Positions 62,363 to 64,000 of a stretch of 64,000 bases of DNA are shown piece by piece. The position numbers and the translations under genes were made by a program. The notes beneath the pieces were generated by a model. It did no database searches, had not been told where the DNA came from, and saw nothing but the letters and a program-made list of their open reading frames with translations. Each line of letters starts with the position of its first letter. Within the stretch, counting starts at the first letter, position 1. The DNA is from Antedon mediterranea (taxonomy: Eukaryota; Animalia; Echinodermata), in NCBI RefSeq assembly GCF_964355755.1, contig NC_092672.1, positions 33,548,437 to 33,612,436 of the forward strand, read 5' to 3'.

Positions 62363-64000
62363 GTGCTGTTCTCGAATTTCTCAGGAACTTAAGACACGCT
62401 GATCTTTTGCGCTTTAGGCCTAATTAAACAAATATTGAAATGAAAACGAATATCGGATTGGTAGACTATACGTACCGATAGAGGTTCATCATCCATGTAA
62501 GTTTATAAATCAAATAAAAAATAAATAAAAATTGCCTGTTACGATTTATCTGGCGGGTATTTCAACGACCAACAACATTTTTTTTCCGTTGTTAAGAATA
62601 TTATTCAACTGTAGTGTCAAATATTCTGTTGAAACCACTCACCATACTTATCTATACCAAGCACGTTTTATAATCTTCTTATCTAATACATGATCAGAAT
62701 TGCTAATATTTTAAAGACGTCATCAACATTATATAATATAAATTATATGTTAAAAGAACGTTAAAAAACGGACCATAAAATGTGAAAACGTATTAAACTC
62801 CAAGTCATTCACTTTATACGCTGAAACGTGACAACGATCGGGTGTTCGAAACGTTCCTTCATAAGTTTTTACTATGAAGCGGCTATGACGTCTTTTTATA
62901 TGTAATTTCATAACTATAAAACATTTAATATCACTATCAATCCGGGTGAAAAGTTTACAATATAGTGCTATTCCTTTACAATCAATCACTTTAAAAGTCG
63001 TTCTGATTTTAGATATTTGGATATCGTACACAAACATGAATTTTTTTGATAATATACGGGATGTACTATGTGTAAAACCTTCATTTTTACTTTCCTTATA
63101 TCATGAGACTATCTCTTTAAAACAGCAAAACATTAAGATTTATCTGACTTGTTTTGAGGAGGAGATTGTCGCTCCTCTGAATCTTCGATGAACTTTGATG
63201 AGGAGCTAAAAAGCGACGCATTAAATATAAGCATATTATTATAATTGACTTGCCAAAAATAGGCTGGGTGTTGCAGCCATCAATTTACCTCGAAATATGG
63301 GCTAATGTGCACCCTAAATAGGTTTGGGGTTTATGCGAAACAGCCCAGTATGTGGAGTATGGAAGACGGGGGTGAGGTTGTCGGGACATGGTCGTATCGC
63401 AGCCAGAGATAAAAAAAAATGATCTCTGAAGAGCAATATCCTGTCGTTACATTAGACTTTGGCTAAGAGAGACTGCTTTATCTAAGCAAGATACACATAC
63501 TTGTTGGAAAGATGTAAACTGCACTTAATTAATCAATTGGGTACTTTGATTAATTACAATGCGTCGTGGAACTTAACCACGAACTTACCACTAAGTAGTG
63601 AATACTGATATTAATGTTTGTTCAGTAGCACATTCATCATAATTATGCTATCTGTCTGATATGAACTTGCTGACTTTGAGTAACTTTTAAAACAGTACAG
63701 TGACTGACATCAATGTTTTCTGGAACATTTTGCATGTTTCTAAAAAGAAATGGAAAAACAGTAAAATGGAAAAGTTACCAACGAAACATCAGCAATGATT
63801 ATTCATGTGTTAAATTTGCTTAGCTAAAAAATAACTTGTTATTTTAAGTCAATGATTTTGCTTATAGGTCAGTTTTAGAAATATTCTGAGCAAATTGTGT
63901 GCATATTTTTCCTTAAATATTAGGAACAAAAAAGTTCTTGCAAAATCTCTCTCGTTTGACTTCTTGACTATTAAACTATTTTAATAACAAGGCCAACAGC

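Overview
AT-rich, repeat-dense, intron-containing animal DNA, not prokaryotic. A Deu/Nin-type SINE and Academ/Kolobok-like elements suggest an invertebrate deuterostome (inference). The window holds a head-to-tail tandem array of four + strand SLC2A/GLUT-family (MFS sugar-porter) genes: copy A (217-7206, first coding exon upstream of the window), copy B (~10062-16141), copy C (~17409-28416) and copy D (~31257-55733). I reconstructed each exon by exon with GT-AG boundaries and open frames. A/B are a recent ~10 kb duplicate pair; C/D are older paralogs. All four share an extra 54-57 nt phase-1/1 micro-exon in the central cytoplasmic loop that completes an [DE]xxxL[LI] sorting motif. All four also have a remodelled sugar-binding site (no QLS, no TM8 Asn, GPGPIPW changed to GPGAMT[M/F]). 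An intron of copy D contains an intact 4.6 kb Ty3/Gypsy (Mag-like) element with identical 136-bp LTRs and unusual TG...TA ends, nested inside two Academ-like elements. The rest is MITEs, tRNA-derived SINEs, a 5'-truncated L1/Tx1 LINE, a Helentron-type element, a tRNA-like cloverleaf and mini/microsatellites. Family assignments come from motif recall; no searches were run.
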